Shown here one piece after another: positions 13,150 to 24,268 of a stretch of DNA of 64,000 nt. Made by a program: the position numbers and the translations under genes. Source of the stretch: Mobula hypostoma (Eukaryota); NCBI RefSeq assembly GCF_963921235.1, contig NC_086097.1, positions 70,806,001 through 70,870,000 of the forward strand, in the 5' to 3' direction. The notes under the pieces were generated by a model. The model was not told the origin of the DNA, searched no databases, and was given only the letters and a program-made list of their open reading frames with translations. Position 1 is the first letter of the stretch. The number at the start of each line of letters is the position of its first letter.

Positions 13150-13829
13150 ATATATCCCTAAAGCTGCACAGAACTGGTGTGAAGTTATTTCATGGGAAAA
13201 AACCCTGGCATTTTTGAAGTGTAGTATGTAGAGAATGTGGCTAGTTTTGCTGCTATTTGAAGCCAGGCAGTGTATGATCTAGCTGGTGTTCATCCAAGCT
13301 GCTAGTTTTTGGCTTTGTTACTTAGGGATTCCTGGGGACTCAACCATTTGGGCAATAGCCAGCAGGTTTTCTGATCTGTAGAAGGTGCAATCAAGGGGAG
13401 TTATATAAGTTAGGTAGGAGGAGGCCCTTTCACCATATTGTTGTACTTTGTGACCTGGAAGTTAAGGACATTCAAAACTTTTCACCATTTGAGGTGATTT
13501 TTGTGAAGCAGCCAGAAGACTCTGGAAACAAGCATGAGACATGCATTTTAGGATCAGTCAGGTGACTGGCCTGATCAAATCAAAGTATTCTGGGGCTGGA
13601 GGATAGATGCATTGTGAGGGTAGAGTTTTGCTGGTGCTGGAGATTGTTGAGTAAGATTGACTCCAGTATGCCATAGCTGATTTTGACAGATGCTTAACAA
13701 TAAATATATTTTAAAATATAGTTGAATGATAGTGTTGCCAAATTGTTATAAAATACTATATTACAGAAAAGCTGTATTTGTAGTTTTTGTTTGGAAGTTT
13801 GAAGTGTTACCTGTTTTGTGCCAATTTAA

Positions 13830-14018
<189 letters not shown>

Positions 14019-14534
14019 TAACGTCAATTTATTTTTTTCGTTGCTCGTAATCTGATTAAGCATTACAAAATGATTTCATGCTGATGAATCTGATACTGAT
14101 TCATGATCTTGATTCATAACTTTTATTCTGTTGTGTTGGTGGAAGTAACTTTTTAAAAAGTGCCATGGAAATACTCTACAGTAGCTATTACATGGTATTA
14201 TTGTATACATTGATTTTGAGGACAAGCAATCAAAACCTATCCAGCAATTTCACAAGATCATGTGCTGATTATAGTTAAGCCAGCTTTTTCTTGCTTTAAT
14301 TATCAAGATAGATCCTAGCATTTCTATTCAGTACAATCCAAGTATTTTATAAAGGCTTTGCCCTATGAGATTTTTTCATATCTCCTCATGGTTACGCATT
14401 TTATGACTATTCAGTCAATCATGTAACCAGTCCTGGATATTTTATCAAATCCCTGTAATTCAGAATTAGAAGATTACTTTTTTGATTATAAACACAGGGT
14501 TTTCCACAAGCCACGTGATTATCATTTCTTCAAA

Positions 14535-14860
14535 CAAAGTTCAAAGTAAATTTTATCATCAAAGTACATATATGTCACCATGTACAACCCTGAGATTCAT
14601 TTTCCTGTGGGCATACTGAGCAAATCTGTAGACTAATAACTATAATAGGATCAATGAAAGATCAACCGTAGGGCCAAAGACAGCAAACTGTGCAAATGCA
14701 AATATAAATAAATAGCAATAAATAAGGAGAACATGAGAACATGAACATGGAGAACATGAACAAGATTAAGAGTCCTTAAAGTCAGATCATTGGTTGTGAG
14801 ACTATTTCAATGGATGGGCAAGTGAGTGTAGTTATCTCCTTTTTGTTCAAGAGCCTGATG
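14535..14860 (-). mobile_element. Rex1/Babar-type 3' UTR fragment
   Basis: aaagttcaaagtaaattttatcatcaaagtacatatatgtcacc..cctgagattc, same tail family as 7345-8032. Confidence 0.75.
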
Positions 14861-15994
14861 TCAGGGAGGGATTGTTTAGGCAGAACCTTTCCTTTCTGAA
14901 TTCATGCTGACTTCTCTTTGCTGGATTGTTATTATGCTATTTGTGGAAAATTGAGATTTCCACATGGAATGCTCTCATTTCTCACCTCTTAGCTCTTTTC
15001 CTCACTGACATTCATTTCTGTTCCCAACTTGCTGCAATTTCTCCTTTCCTTTCTTCTTCCTTGCCATCTATTCCCTATTTTTGCCATCTGGTCCTCCATC
15101 ATTCTGGTTCTAGCCAAATCAGGTTGTTAATGCATCGAAACAACCCCATGAATTCTTCCCACACAAATTATCTTAATGGCTCGAATTACAGCTGCCTTAT
15201 AATCAAAGTAAGGACTCTCTTGTGGCCGATTTTAGGATCCAATTGTATTTTTCTGTCTCGTGGGACTAACTGATTCATGCTGAACTTTGATTTGCATAGA
15301 ACACTTCTTCACTTTACATGTTAGGGAGTTTACTAGGCGGTGGCAGTTATTGTTTTTACATCAAACTGAAAATTCATTGGTGATATATTTCCCTAATAGT
15401 GAGATAGATTTACAGTAGAGTGCACAGGTTGATTGAAGAGATAATGCACGATGTCAAAAGGAGCAACAAACTCTTATGATACTTTTGAGTATTGTCATAT
15501 CATTGAAATAGCTGCCAAGCCCAGTTCTGCAGCAGACATACTCACTGGGCAAGAGACTGTCTTGACTTCATATACCTGAATTTGTTTAATGAGTCGACTG
15601 GAAATAAAATGGAAATTACTTTTCTTTCCTTTAAATTGTAGATTTGAAAACCAGGACTGAATTTTTTGGTGTAAGTTCAGAAATACTCCTGTCAATAATA
15701 CTAAACTTTGCAGATTTAGATATATCCAACGTTTAACCTACTCTGATTTGAGCAAAACTGATGCAGTGATTAGTTTTTGTATTAAATGTTGAATGTTCTA
15801 TTATATATCAGTATTGATACAAAATGCTGTTTAATATCACAGTGCTTTTTCTTTAGGTATGTATTGGATTGAATGATGATCATTGATATTGAAATGACCC
15901 AGCATACATTTAGAAAACAAATTTTCAGCTGATACACAACTGATGATAACAGTCATCCTGTTAATAAACTGAAGGTTGACATTTTACCAGAGTT

Positions 15995-16280
15995 CATTTA
16001 TTTAATTGATTGAGTGATGCAGCACGGAGCAGGCCCATCAGACCTTCAAGCCACGCCACCCCAGCGTCCCCTGACAACCCCGATTTAACCCTAACCTAAT
16101 CACAGGACGACTTACAACGACCAACTAACCTACTAACCGGTACGTCTTTGGACTGTGGGAGGAAACCGGAGAACCTGGGGAACTGCACGAATTCACGAGG
16201 AGGACGTACAGACACTACTTACAGAGGATGCTGGAATTGAAATCTGAACTTCCCGCCTTGAGCTATAATACCATCATGCT
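15995..16280 (-). mobile_element. HE1/V-SINE-like SINE
   Basis: Contains the reverse complement of the V-domain core (tacgtctttggactgtgggaggaaaccggag). Paralogous to 35160-35455. Confidence 0.75.
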
Positions 16281-16474
16281 AACCACTGTACTGCCACAGC
16301 ACCTAGTGCATGGTAAAATTTTAAAGAAGAACAGTGTCCTCTGCAATTCTTTGAGTGAGCGGTTTACATTGGGCAGGGAGGATGACACAGACAGACACAT
16401 AACCTTCCCAATTTTGCATTCACTCTAATGGAATTCAGCATTCAATTGGATGTCAGTGCACATATCACAAGAAA

Positions 16475-16805
16475 CATAGGTAAGGTGGATGATAACAGTC
16501 TTTTCCCCAGGGTGGGGGTCCAAAACTAGGGGCCATTGGTATGGGGTAACAGAGGAGAGATTTAAAAGAGACCTGAGGAGCAGCCTTTTCACACAGATGG
16601 TGGTGAGTGTATGGAATGAGCTGTCAGATGAAGTGGTTGAGACAGGTACAGTATTGTAATTTAAGGAGCACTTGAATAGGTACATGGAGGGGCAGAGTTT
16701 GGAGAGATATGGCTCAAACATGGGAAATTGGGACTAGCTGGATAGGCAGTGCATGGCATGAACTGGTTGGGCTGTTATGCCTGTGTCCATGCTCAATGGC
16801 TCCAT
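16475..16805 (+). mobile_element. CR1 3' fragment
   Basis: ttttcacacagatggtggtgagtgtatggaatgagctg, a CR1 C-terminal FF.QRVV..WN.L signature. Confidence 0.7.
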
Positions 16806-17939
16806 CACTTCATCCATCCATTAAGTTATTGGGCCACATGTGAAAAGAATATAGGCAAATCTTCCGTTTGTGTTTGCTTTTGTACTCTCAATACCAACAA
16901 AGCTTGAATTAGCATTGAAATAGGTTTATTATTGCCACATGTATACATTGAAAACCTTGACTAGCATACTGTGCATACAGATCAGATCATTACACAGCCC
17001 ACTGACGTAGAACAAGGTAAAAGAATAACAATACAGAATAAAATGTAACAGTTACAGCAAAATCATTTTTTGTTTGGCAGATTTAGAACTGCAGACCACC
17101 CACCCAGGGAGTGAGGGCAGCTGCTGGAGACTCCGGGAAAGTCTCCATCCATAAGGAAGGGTGGTAGCTGAGGATGGTGCAGGCAAAACTGAAGCGCAGG
17201 ACACACAGGGCCACCTACTGCCCACCGTGTTCCTGGCTAATGTACAGTCTCTGGAAAGTAAGATTGCAGAGGGACATCAGGAATCAAGAGAGAGGTCTGT
17301 TGATATTAAAGCTATCATGGAATAAATTACTATTTAACATTAACAATATTCTGCAGAAAGAATCACAGAACTATTGCTTTAAATATATAGTGCAGTTCCT
17401 TAAGAATACAGGTCTTTTTCATAGAATTTAATACAAATATAATTATATAGGATTTAGATATCCTGACCCACACTCCAGTTCAGACGGTGGCAATAATGCA
17501 CCTTAAAATTGCTTGCCAACTGCCTTAAAACCTTAGAAGCAGAAAAAGAGGAAGATATCAGGGATTGCTGATTATTGTGCTTCACTGAGTCATGGCTCAC
17601 CTCCAGCACTCTGAGCATAGTACTCGAGCCCGAGGACCACATGGACTGGACAGTGGCATCAAGTAAAGGCAGAAGCGAGCTTTTCCTTCATGATCAGCTC
17701 ATCGTAGTGCAGTCAGCTATCACAAGAGTGTGCACCCTGATGTCTTACAATCATTGTGGAGTACCTCAACCTGCTTAATGAATTCTCTGATATGTCTTAT
17801 GTCTTACATGGAAACGTACGGTGAAGTGTGTCGTTTGTGTTAACAACTAACACATCTAAGGATGTGCTGGTGGCAGCCCGCAAGAGTCACCAGACATTCT
17901 GTTACCAATATAGCATGCCCACAATTTCAGACATCACAA

Positions 17940-18405
17940 AAATGGTGGCTATACCTCATTTGAAGGTTGAGGAGATTTGGTATGTAATATAGACTTGTAA
18001 ATTTCTACAGATGTACAGTGGAGAGCATTCTGACTGGTTGCATCATTGACTGGCATGGAAGCTTCAGTCCACAGGATCAAAAGATGCTGCAGCCTCAGCC
18101 AACTCCATCATAGGCACAACCTCCTACCATTGAGGACATCTTCAGAAGGTGGTGCCTGAAGAAAGCGGCGTCCATCATTAAGGACCCTCACCATTGGAAA
18201 CATGCCCTCTTCTCATTACTACCATTGGGGAAGAAGTACAGAACCCTAAAGACACACGGTCAATGTTTAATTAAAGCTTCTTTCTGTCTGCCATCAGATT
18301 TCTGAATGGTGCAAGGACACTACCTCACTATTCGACTTTTGCGCTATTTATTTCCTTGTTCCTTTAACTTGTATTAATTTTTATGTTTGCACTGTAATGC
18401 TGCCA
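17940..18405 (+). mobile_element. Rex1/Babar-type LINE 3' fragment
   Basis: LRRFGM..NFYRCTVESILTGCIIDWHG (DUF1891-like) followed by SIIKDPHH..HALFSLLP. Confidence 0.8.
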
Positions 18406-18464
18406 CTGGATGTGCTGGCTTTGGAGAGGGTCCAGAGGAGTTTCACGGGAATGATTCTGGTAAT

Positions 18465-19092
18465 GATTAGATTAGATTAGATTATGAGGACACACAGTCC
18501 TCTTTTATTGTCATTTGGTTATGCATGCATTAAGAAATGATACATTATTCCTCTGGTGTGATATCACAGAAACACAGGACAGACCAAGACTGAAAAAGTG
18601 ACAAAAACCACATAATTATAACATATTGTTACAACAGTGCAAGTAATACCGTAACTTGATGAAGAACAGGCCGTGAGCACGGTAAAGAAGTTCAAAGTCT
18701 CTTGAAAGTCCCACATCTCACGCAGACGGGAGAAGGAAGAAAACTCTCCCAACCACAGTCCGATTCTGAGTCGTCCGAAAACGTCGAGCTCCGACCAGCC
18801 CTCCAACACCGAGCACCGAGTACCATCTCTGCCGAGCGCTTTGACCCCAGCCCCGGTCGCCAGCAGCAGGCAAAGCTGAGGATTTTGGGGCCTTCCCTCT
18901 GGAGATTCTCGCTCGCACAGTAGCAGCGGCAGCGAACAGGGCATTTCAGAAGTTACTCCAGATGTTCCTCTGTGCTCTCACAGCTGTCTCCATCAAATCA
19001 GAATTGTGCACGGCACCCTATTTAACAAATACGATATCATTTCACTGGAGAGGCTACGCACGCTGTGTCGCGCCGCCATCTTCTCCTCCCTC
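18465..19092 (-). mobile_element. Full-length ~630 bp non-coding retroelement with YY1-like head and (ctaat)n tail
   Basis: The minus-strand start is GAGGGAGGAGAAGATGGCGG, shared with 46110-46762. The 3' end has AATAAA followed by a short tandem repeat. Confidence 0.85.
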
Positions 19093-19230
19093 GGCAGAGT
19101 TAACGTATGAGGAGTGTTTGATGGCTCGGAGCCTGTACTCACTGGAGTTTAGAAGAATGAGGGGGTATCTCATTAAAAGCTATTGGATATTGAAAGGCCT
19201 GGATTGGGTGGATGTGGAGAGGATGTTTCC

Positions 19231-19355
19231 TAAACACAAAATAATCTGCAGATGCTGGGGTCAAAGTAACACTCACTGGCCCGAAACGTCGATTGATCTT
19301 TTCCACTGATGCTGCCCGACCTGCTGAGTTCCTCCAGTGTGTTGTGAGTGTTGTT
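19231..19355. mobile_element. Miniature inverted Penelope-terminus derivative with 14 bp TSD
   Basis: Flanked by gagaggatgtttcc at 19217-19230 and 19356-19369. It contains an antisense terminus followed by a sense ggcccgaaacgtcga..gatgctgcccgacctgctgagttcctccag. Confidence 0.85.
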
Positions 19356-19542
19356 GAGAGGATGTTTCCAGTAGCTGGGGGAGTCTAGGACCAGGGGGCT
19401 CAGCCTTGGAATAGAGGGACCCCTTTAGAAAAGAGATCAGGAGAAATTTCTTTAGCCAGAGGTTGGTGAATGTGTGGAATTCGTTGCCACAGATGGCTGT
19501 GGACGCCAGGTCATTAGGTATACTTAAAGCAGAGGTTGATAG

Positions 19543-22500
19543 TGTCACAACCACGGATTTGGCAGCGCAGCAGATACGGCAACTCTGCTCGTGAATATGC
19601 ACGTGTCAGCTGATTATTATTTCATTGTGATAGTATTCAACTCCATTCATTCCATCGTAGTGTTTGTCAAGAATTGGACACAGCACAGCAACGCTTTGCT
19701 ACCTGTTTGTATTCGGCCTCGCCTGAGAAATTGAACTGTCGAGTCAACTGACTCTGAAGACTAGCGGTATTCGTTTTATATTTAGTTGTTCTTTTCACCC
19801 GCCGTGTAGGCTTCGTTTTCCATTTGAGAGTTTTAGTTAACAGCCCTGTTTGGCCTAGCGTTTATTGTTTTCTTTTCCCTTTAATACTGTTTGCATTAAA
19901 GTCTGTGAACTATTGACCCGCTTCAGTATCTCTCAGTCCGCACTTGGGCCAAATCCGAACCATGTGAAAGCAAGTCTCGACCACACAAAGATGGACCCAG
20001 CGGAGAGAGAGCAGCTGACCTTGGCCATGAGATTCATCGGTCAGAGTGATTCGTTGAGGCAACAATATTCCATTGGAATTCCTATGTATAAACTCTTGTT
20101 TCTGGCTCCAGTGTGAAAGAAGGCTCTTGCCAAGTAATGGACACAGCGAAGTTTGAAGAGTGATGTTTTGACATTGGTGGCTTGAGGAGAGGGTGCCTTC
20201 TATCCTCAGTGCATGTCCTGACTCAAAATTCTGAGAGTCCTGAGTCTACATTCCGAGCTTCTCAAGTCTATATAGTTTCTCCAGTATCCATTCCAAGCTT
20301 TTCAAGTCACAAGTACCCAGGTTCCCAGCTTTGTGGTCCCGTGATTCAGGTCTGCATAACAAATGAGTACTTCAAGCAAGCTTTTCAATTGATTCAACGA
20401 ATCACCATTTAAATCAATAGTGTAATTTTTGGAACAGTCCTTCTCCAAAAGCTGATTCCTGCCTGGAGTGTGCAAATACACAAGTAAAGTAACCCTATTA
20501 AGAGTATTTTTAACGTCTTGATGAAAGTCATTGTACAGACTGGGAAAATTGAACTTCCATGCCACAAATTTACAGAGAACCAGCTAGCTTAGAGATGAAA
20601 GAAACCTGTCTAGGCTGTCTTGATCTGGAAAAATGAGAGTATATCTTAATTGCCTCTGGAAAAAATTATGGAAGATTAAAAACAATGAGTAAGATTTGAA
20701 AAGGTTCCTTCTCTAGGTTTCAAGTTTCATGTTTTCAAGGTTTCCCAAGGACTTTTTTCTATGTTCCCAAGGTTTTTTCTCGATTGTTTCCCAGGCTTAT
20801 TCAATGTGTTTAGGGTTTTTCAATGTCCTCCCATCTCAAGGACTCCCAAGCCTCCCTCGGCCCCACCCAAGATTTTTTGATCTCACTTGAGGTTCCCTAG
20901 TGTGTCAGTCTGTTGGGGTTTCCTGGTCTCTCAGTCTGTCTTGATCCCCAAGTCTTTCTGCCTCTCGAGTTTCCCATGCCTCCCTTTCATTCCCCATGCC
21001 TCCCTCTCAAGTTCCCCAGGTCTCTTGAGTCGTCCCTGGATCTGAAGTTTTCAGGTCTTCCTGGGCCATCAGGTGCCAGCTATTGGGAGGGGGCATCAGA
21101 GAGCTTTGGGCATCAGAGGGCATCAGAGAGCAGTGGGCTGTGAGGTTTTTCATCATCAGCATCAGGTGCCATGCCCAGTTTGAGCATTGACTGCCATGGC
21201 CCACACACTCCTGTTTCGGGTCAAGTGGATCAATTCATTGGTATTCTTTTTCAGTTCTCTAGCTGCTGTCTCCATCATTATTTGTCTTTGTCTTCCTCTT
21301 GCTTTCTTCCCTTCAATCTTTCCCATAATTACTGTGCATTCTAACTCCTCTTTCCAAATCACATGTCCAATGAAGTTACCTTGCCTTTTCATGATCTCAT
21401 ACATTATTTCTGTTTTTTTGTTTGCTCCGTTCATGACATCCTCGTTAGATATTCGTTTTGTCCATGATTTTCTTTGCAACCTCCTCAAAAACCACATCTC
21501 TGCTGCTACAATTCGTTTCCTCATGTTACTAGATATTGTCCAACATTCTGAGCCATATAACATAACTGGATGAATGTAACATTTCAGTTCTCTGAGGCGG
21601 ATTGTCATGCCTAGTTTAGTAATGGTCAGTATACTCTTCATTCTCGTAGAGGTGTCTTTTGCCATCCCTATTCTTTTTTTGATGTCCATGTTGCACCTGC
21701 CATCTGATGTCACCCAGCTTCCTAAGTAGCAAAAGTTCTGTACTTGTTTGATATCTTCCCCATTTATTCTCAGCCTGCAGATAAGATTCTCCTTTGTGGA
21801 ATTCACCATACATTCAGTCTTTTTGCAATTGATAGATAGACCCATTTTTGCACTTTCTTCAACAATTTTAGAGCACTGAATTGGATAATTGTTGCTTCAC
21901 AACAGTTATTAATGGTATAAGAGTTCCTTGTATTTTTCTCGAGCAGCTCGCTCTTTGTAACGTGGTTTCCTGGTGCATTCTGTTCAAATTTGTTAAGTTT
22001 ATTTTGATAGGCTCAGGGATTCTGTGTTAGTTTTATTGTTGAAACAGATGCCCGATTAGCTCCAATCGGAGGGTCCTCATTTTGAGAATGATTTTTCTCA
22101 ACGGTGTCACTTGGTCGAGCTACCTCTGTTTAAGCTCTTGTTTCTGTCTTTACATGGAAGTCTTTGGCTCCAATACTGGCAGTACACCCCATGGCACTTA
22201 TCTGTCAGCATCACTGAAGGACATCTTGGACAAGTCCCTCATCCAGGACTTCCAGCGGACACACATTTGTGTCGCCTCAGGGGCTGCACCTAGAGAGGGG
22301 GGCCCTGTCACATCCACAGGTTCGGGAGCACAGCAGCTATGGCAATTGCACTCGTGAATATACATGTGTTAGCTAATTATTATTTAATTGTGGTAGTATT
22401 TAACTCCATTCATTCCGTTGTAGTGTTTGTCGAAACTTGGGCACAGCGCAGCAATGCTTTGCTGTCTGTTTGCATTCGGCCTGGCCTGCGAAATTGGATT

Positions 22501-22730
22501 GTCAAGTCAACTGACTCTGAAGACTAGCGGCATTGGTTTTATGTTTAATTGTTCTTTTCAGCTGCAGTGTAGGCTTAGTTTTCCATTTGAGAGTTTTAGT
22601 TAACGGCCCTGTTTGGCCTAGCGTTTATTTTTCTTTTCTCTTTTACACTGTTTGCATTAAAGTCTGTGAACTGTCAGCCGGCTTCAGTGTCTCTCACTCT
22701 GCACTCGGGCCAAATCCGATCTGGGTGACA
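19543..22730 (+). mobile_element. Ty3/Gypsy chromovirus (sushi/Tf1-like) internally deleted LTR retrotransposon
   Basis: LTRs at 19543-19969 and 22306-22730 (TGTCAC...GTGACA), GATAG TSD (19538-19542, 22731-22735), gag-like start MDPAE at 19991, chromodomain-tail-like KDILDKSLIQDFQRTH near 22217-22265, and PPT AGAGAGGGGGG at 22292-22302. Confidence 0.9.
21151..21868 (-). mobile_element. RTE-clade LINE 3' fragment nested in the LTR element
   Basis: Open 227-aa frame GLSINCKKTECM..FCYLGS..MLYGSECWT..EMWFLRRL..GKIEGKKARGRQR with a (tga)n tail. Confidence 0.88.
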
Positions 22731-23619
22731 GATAGGTTCTTGATTAGTAAGGGTGTCAAAGGTTATGGGAGAAGGTAGGACGAAGGGCTTGAGCAGGATA
22801 ATAAATCAGCCATGATGGAATGGTGGAGTAGACCCAATGGGCTGAATGGCCTAATTGTGCTCCTACAAAACATCAAATGTCATTACATACGTCAGTAATA
22901 CAAATGCACTTAATTTAATTTTACACTTCTAAGAAATGCTGCTTTCCTATCTACAGTTTTTTGAGGAGTATGAGACTGTTCCATTCTGTTAATAATCTAA
23001 CAAATTTATAAATGAAGGGGAATTGTAAATTCCTCAAATTCATTCAGTATCCCTGCAGCCATAAAGTTATAACTGCTTGTTAATTGTGCACAAGGGAGCT
23101 TTTTTTCCCACCATGCATGTGCCTTGGAATAGCAATTTCTTGTTGGTTTAATGAGTAGCATCAGCACTTTAATCTGATACATTTTGATGTATCATTAGTG
23201 CTAGATATTTGACATTTCTGGATCAGGAGAATCTTGTAAAATGTAATCGCACATTAAGTCCCAATCAGATTGTTACTAAATTACACTTGGAATTCCAAAA
23301 CTCTCATTTCCAGTCTTGCTGTTTCTTTGCCAGAATCTTGTCTTCCCTCAATAAAGAGACTTGTTAAGCAATGAAAGCAAGAGTTATTTTCTTAACTATG
23401 CTGTACATGCCTACTTGTCTGAATTGTAGCATTCACCTGGAAGGAATTATATGAACTTTTTCCTTCTGATTTTCCCTTGGCCAACAATTTCCCACAGCTC
23501 CAACATGAATGGCAGAGTGCACAAGTGGGGGGATGTTGTGGGGGTGGGGGGAGGTGCAGAGAGGGCACACGGTCACCTAGGGAAACAGGCACTTGCATCT
23601 TTAATAGTTTGGTGAGGTT

Positions 23620-24003
23620 AAGACACAAGCAGATGCTGGGGTCAAAGCAACACACACAAAACGCTGGAGGAACTCAGCAGGTCGGGCAGCATCCATGGAA
23701 ACGGAACAGTAACGTTTCGGGCCGAGACCCTTCGTCAGGACTGAAGAGGGAGGGGGCAGGGGCCCTATAAAGGTGGTGGGGGGAGGGTGAGAAGGAGAAG
23801 GCTGGTAGGTTCCAGGTGAAAAACCAGTAAGGGGAAAGATCAAGAGGTGGGGGGGGGGAAGCAGGGAGGTGATAGGCAGGAAAGGTGAAGGAGGAATAGG
23901 GGAAAGCACAATGGGTAGTAGAAGGAGGCGGAACCATGAGGGAGGTGATAGGCAGCTGGAGGAGGGGGCAGAGTGAAACTGGGATTGGGGGAGGGAGGGG
24001 GAG
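23620..24003 (-). mobile_element. Penelope-like 3' terminus with hammerhead motif
   Basis: The minus strand has a pyrimidine tract then CAGTC-CTGACGA-AGGGTCTCGGCCC-GAAA-CGTT-ACTG (23707-23743). Confidence 0.85.
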
Positions 24004-24114
24004 ATAATTCTGTATATTCATAAATCGCCAGGTTCTGTACGCAACATGCCAATCAATTTACATTATCTGAGTGTGACATTTATGTTTCTTTATATTCATT
24101 TCTTAAACAAACTA

Positions 24115-24268
24115 CAGGTCGACCTTCACTAATCCGGCACCATTGGGACCTGAGGAGTGCTGGATTAGTGAAAATGCCGAATTACAGAAAGATCACATTA
24201 AGCATAATCAGTGCCGGATTATCGAAGGAACCGGATTACAGGTAGTTGGATTAGTGAAGGTCGACCTG
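24115..24268. mobile_element. Tc1/mariner (Tigger-like) MITE
   Basis: Perfect 21 bp TIR CAGGTCGACCTTCACTAATCC (24115-24135 / 24248-24268). The left flank is TA and the right flank is TC. Internal ccggatta repeats are present. Confidence 0.85.

Larger units (their letters stand above)
18408..22867 (+). mobile_element. CR1 3' fragment split into four pieces by three later insertions
   Basis: Pieces 18408-18464, 19096-19230, 19356-19542 and 22731-22867 join colinearly (LERVQRSFTGMI / LTYEECL..LYSLEFRRMRG / FFSQRLVNVWNSLP / DRFLISKGVKGYG). Confidence 0.85.
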
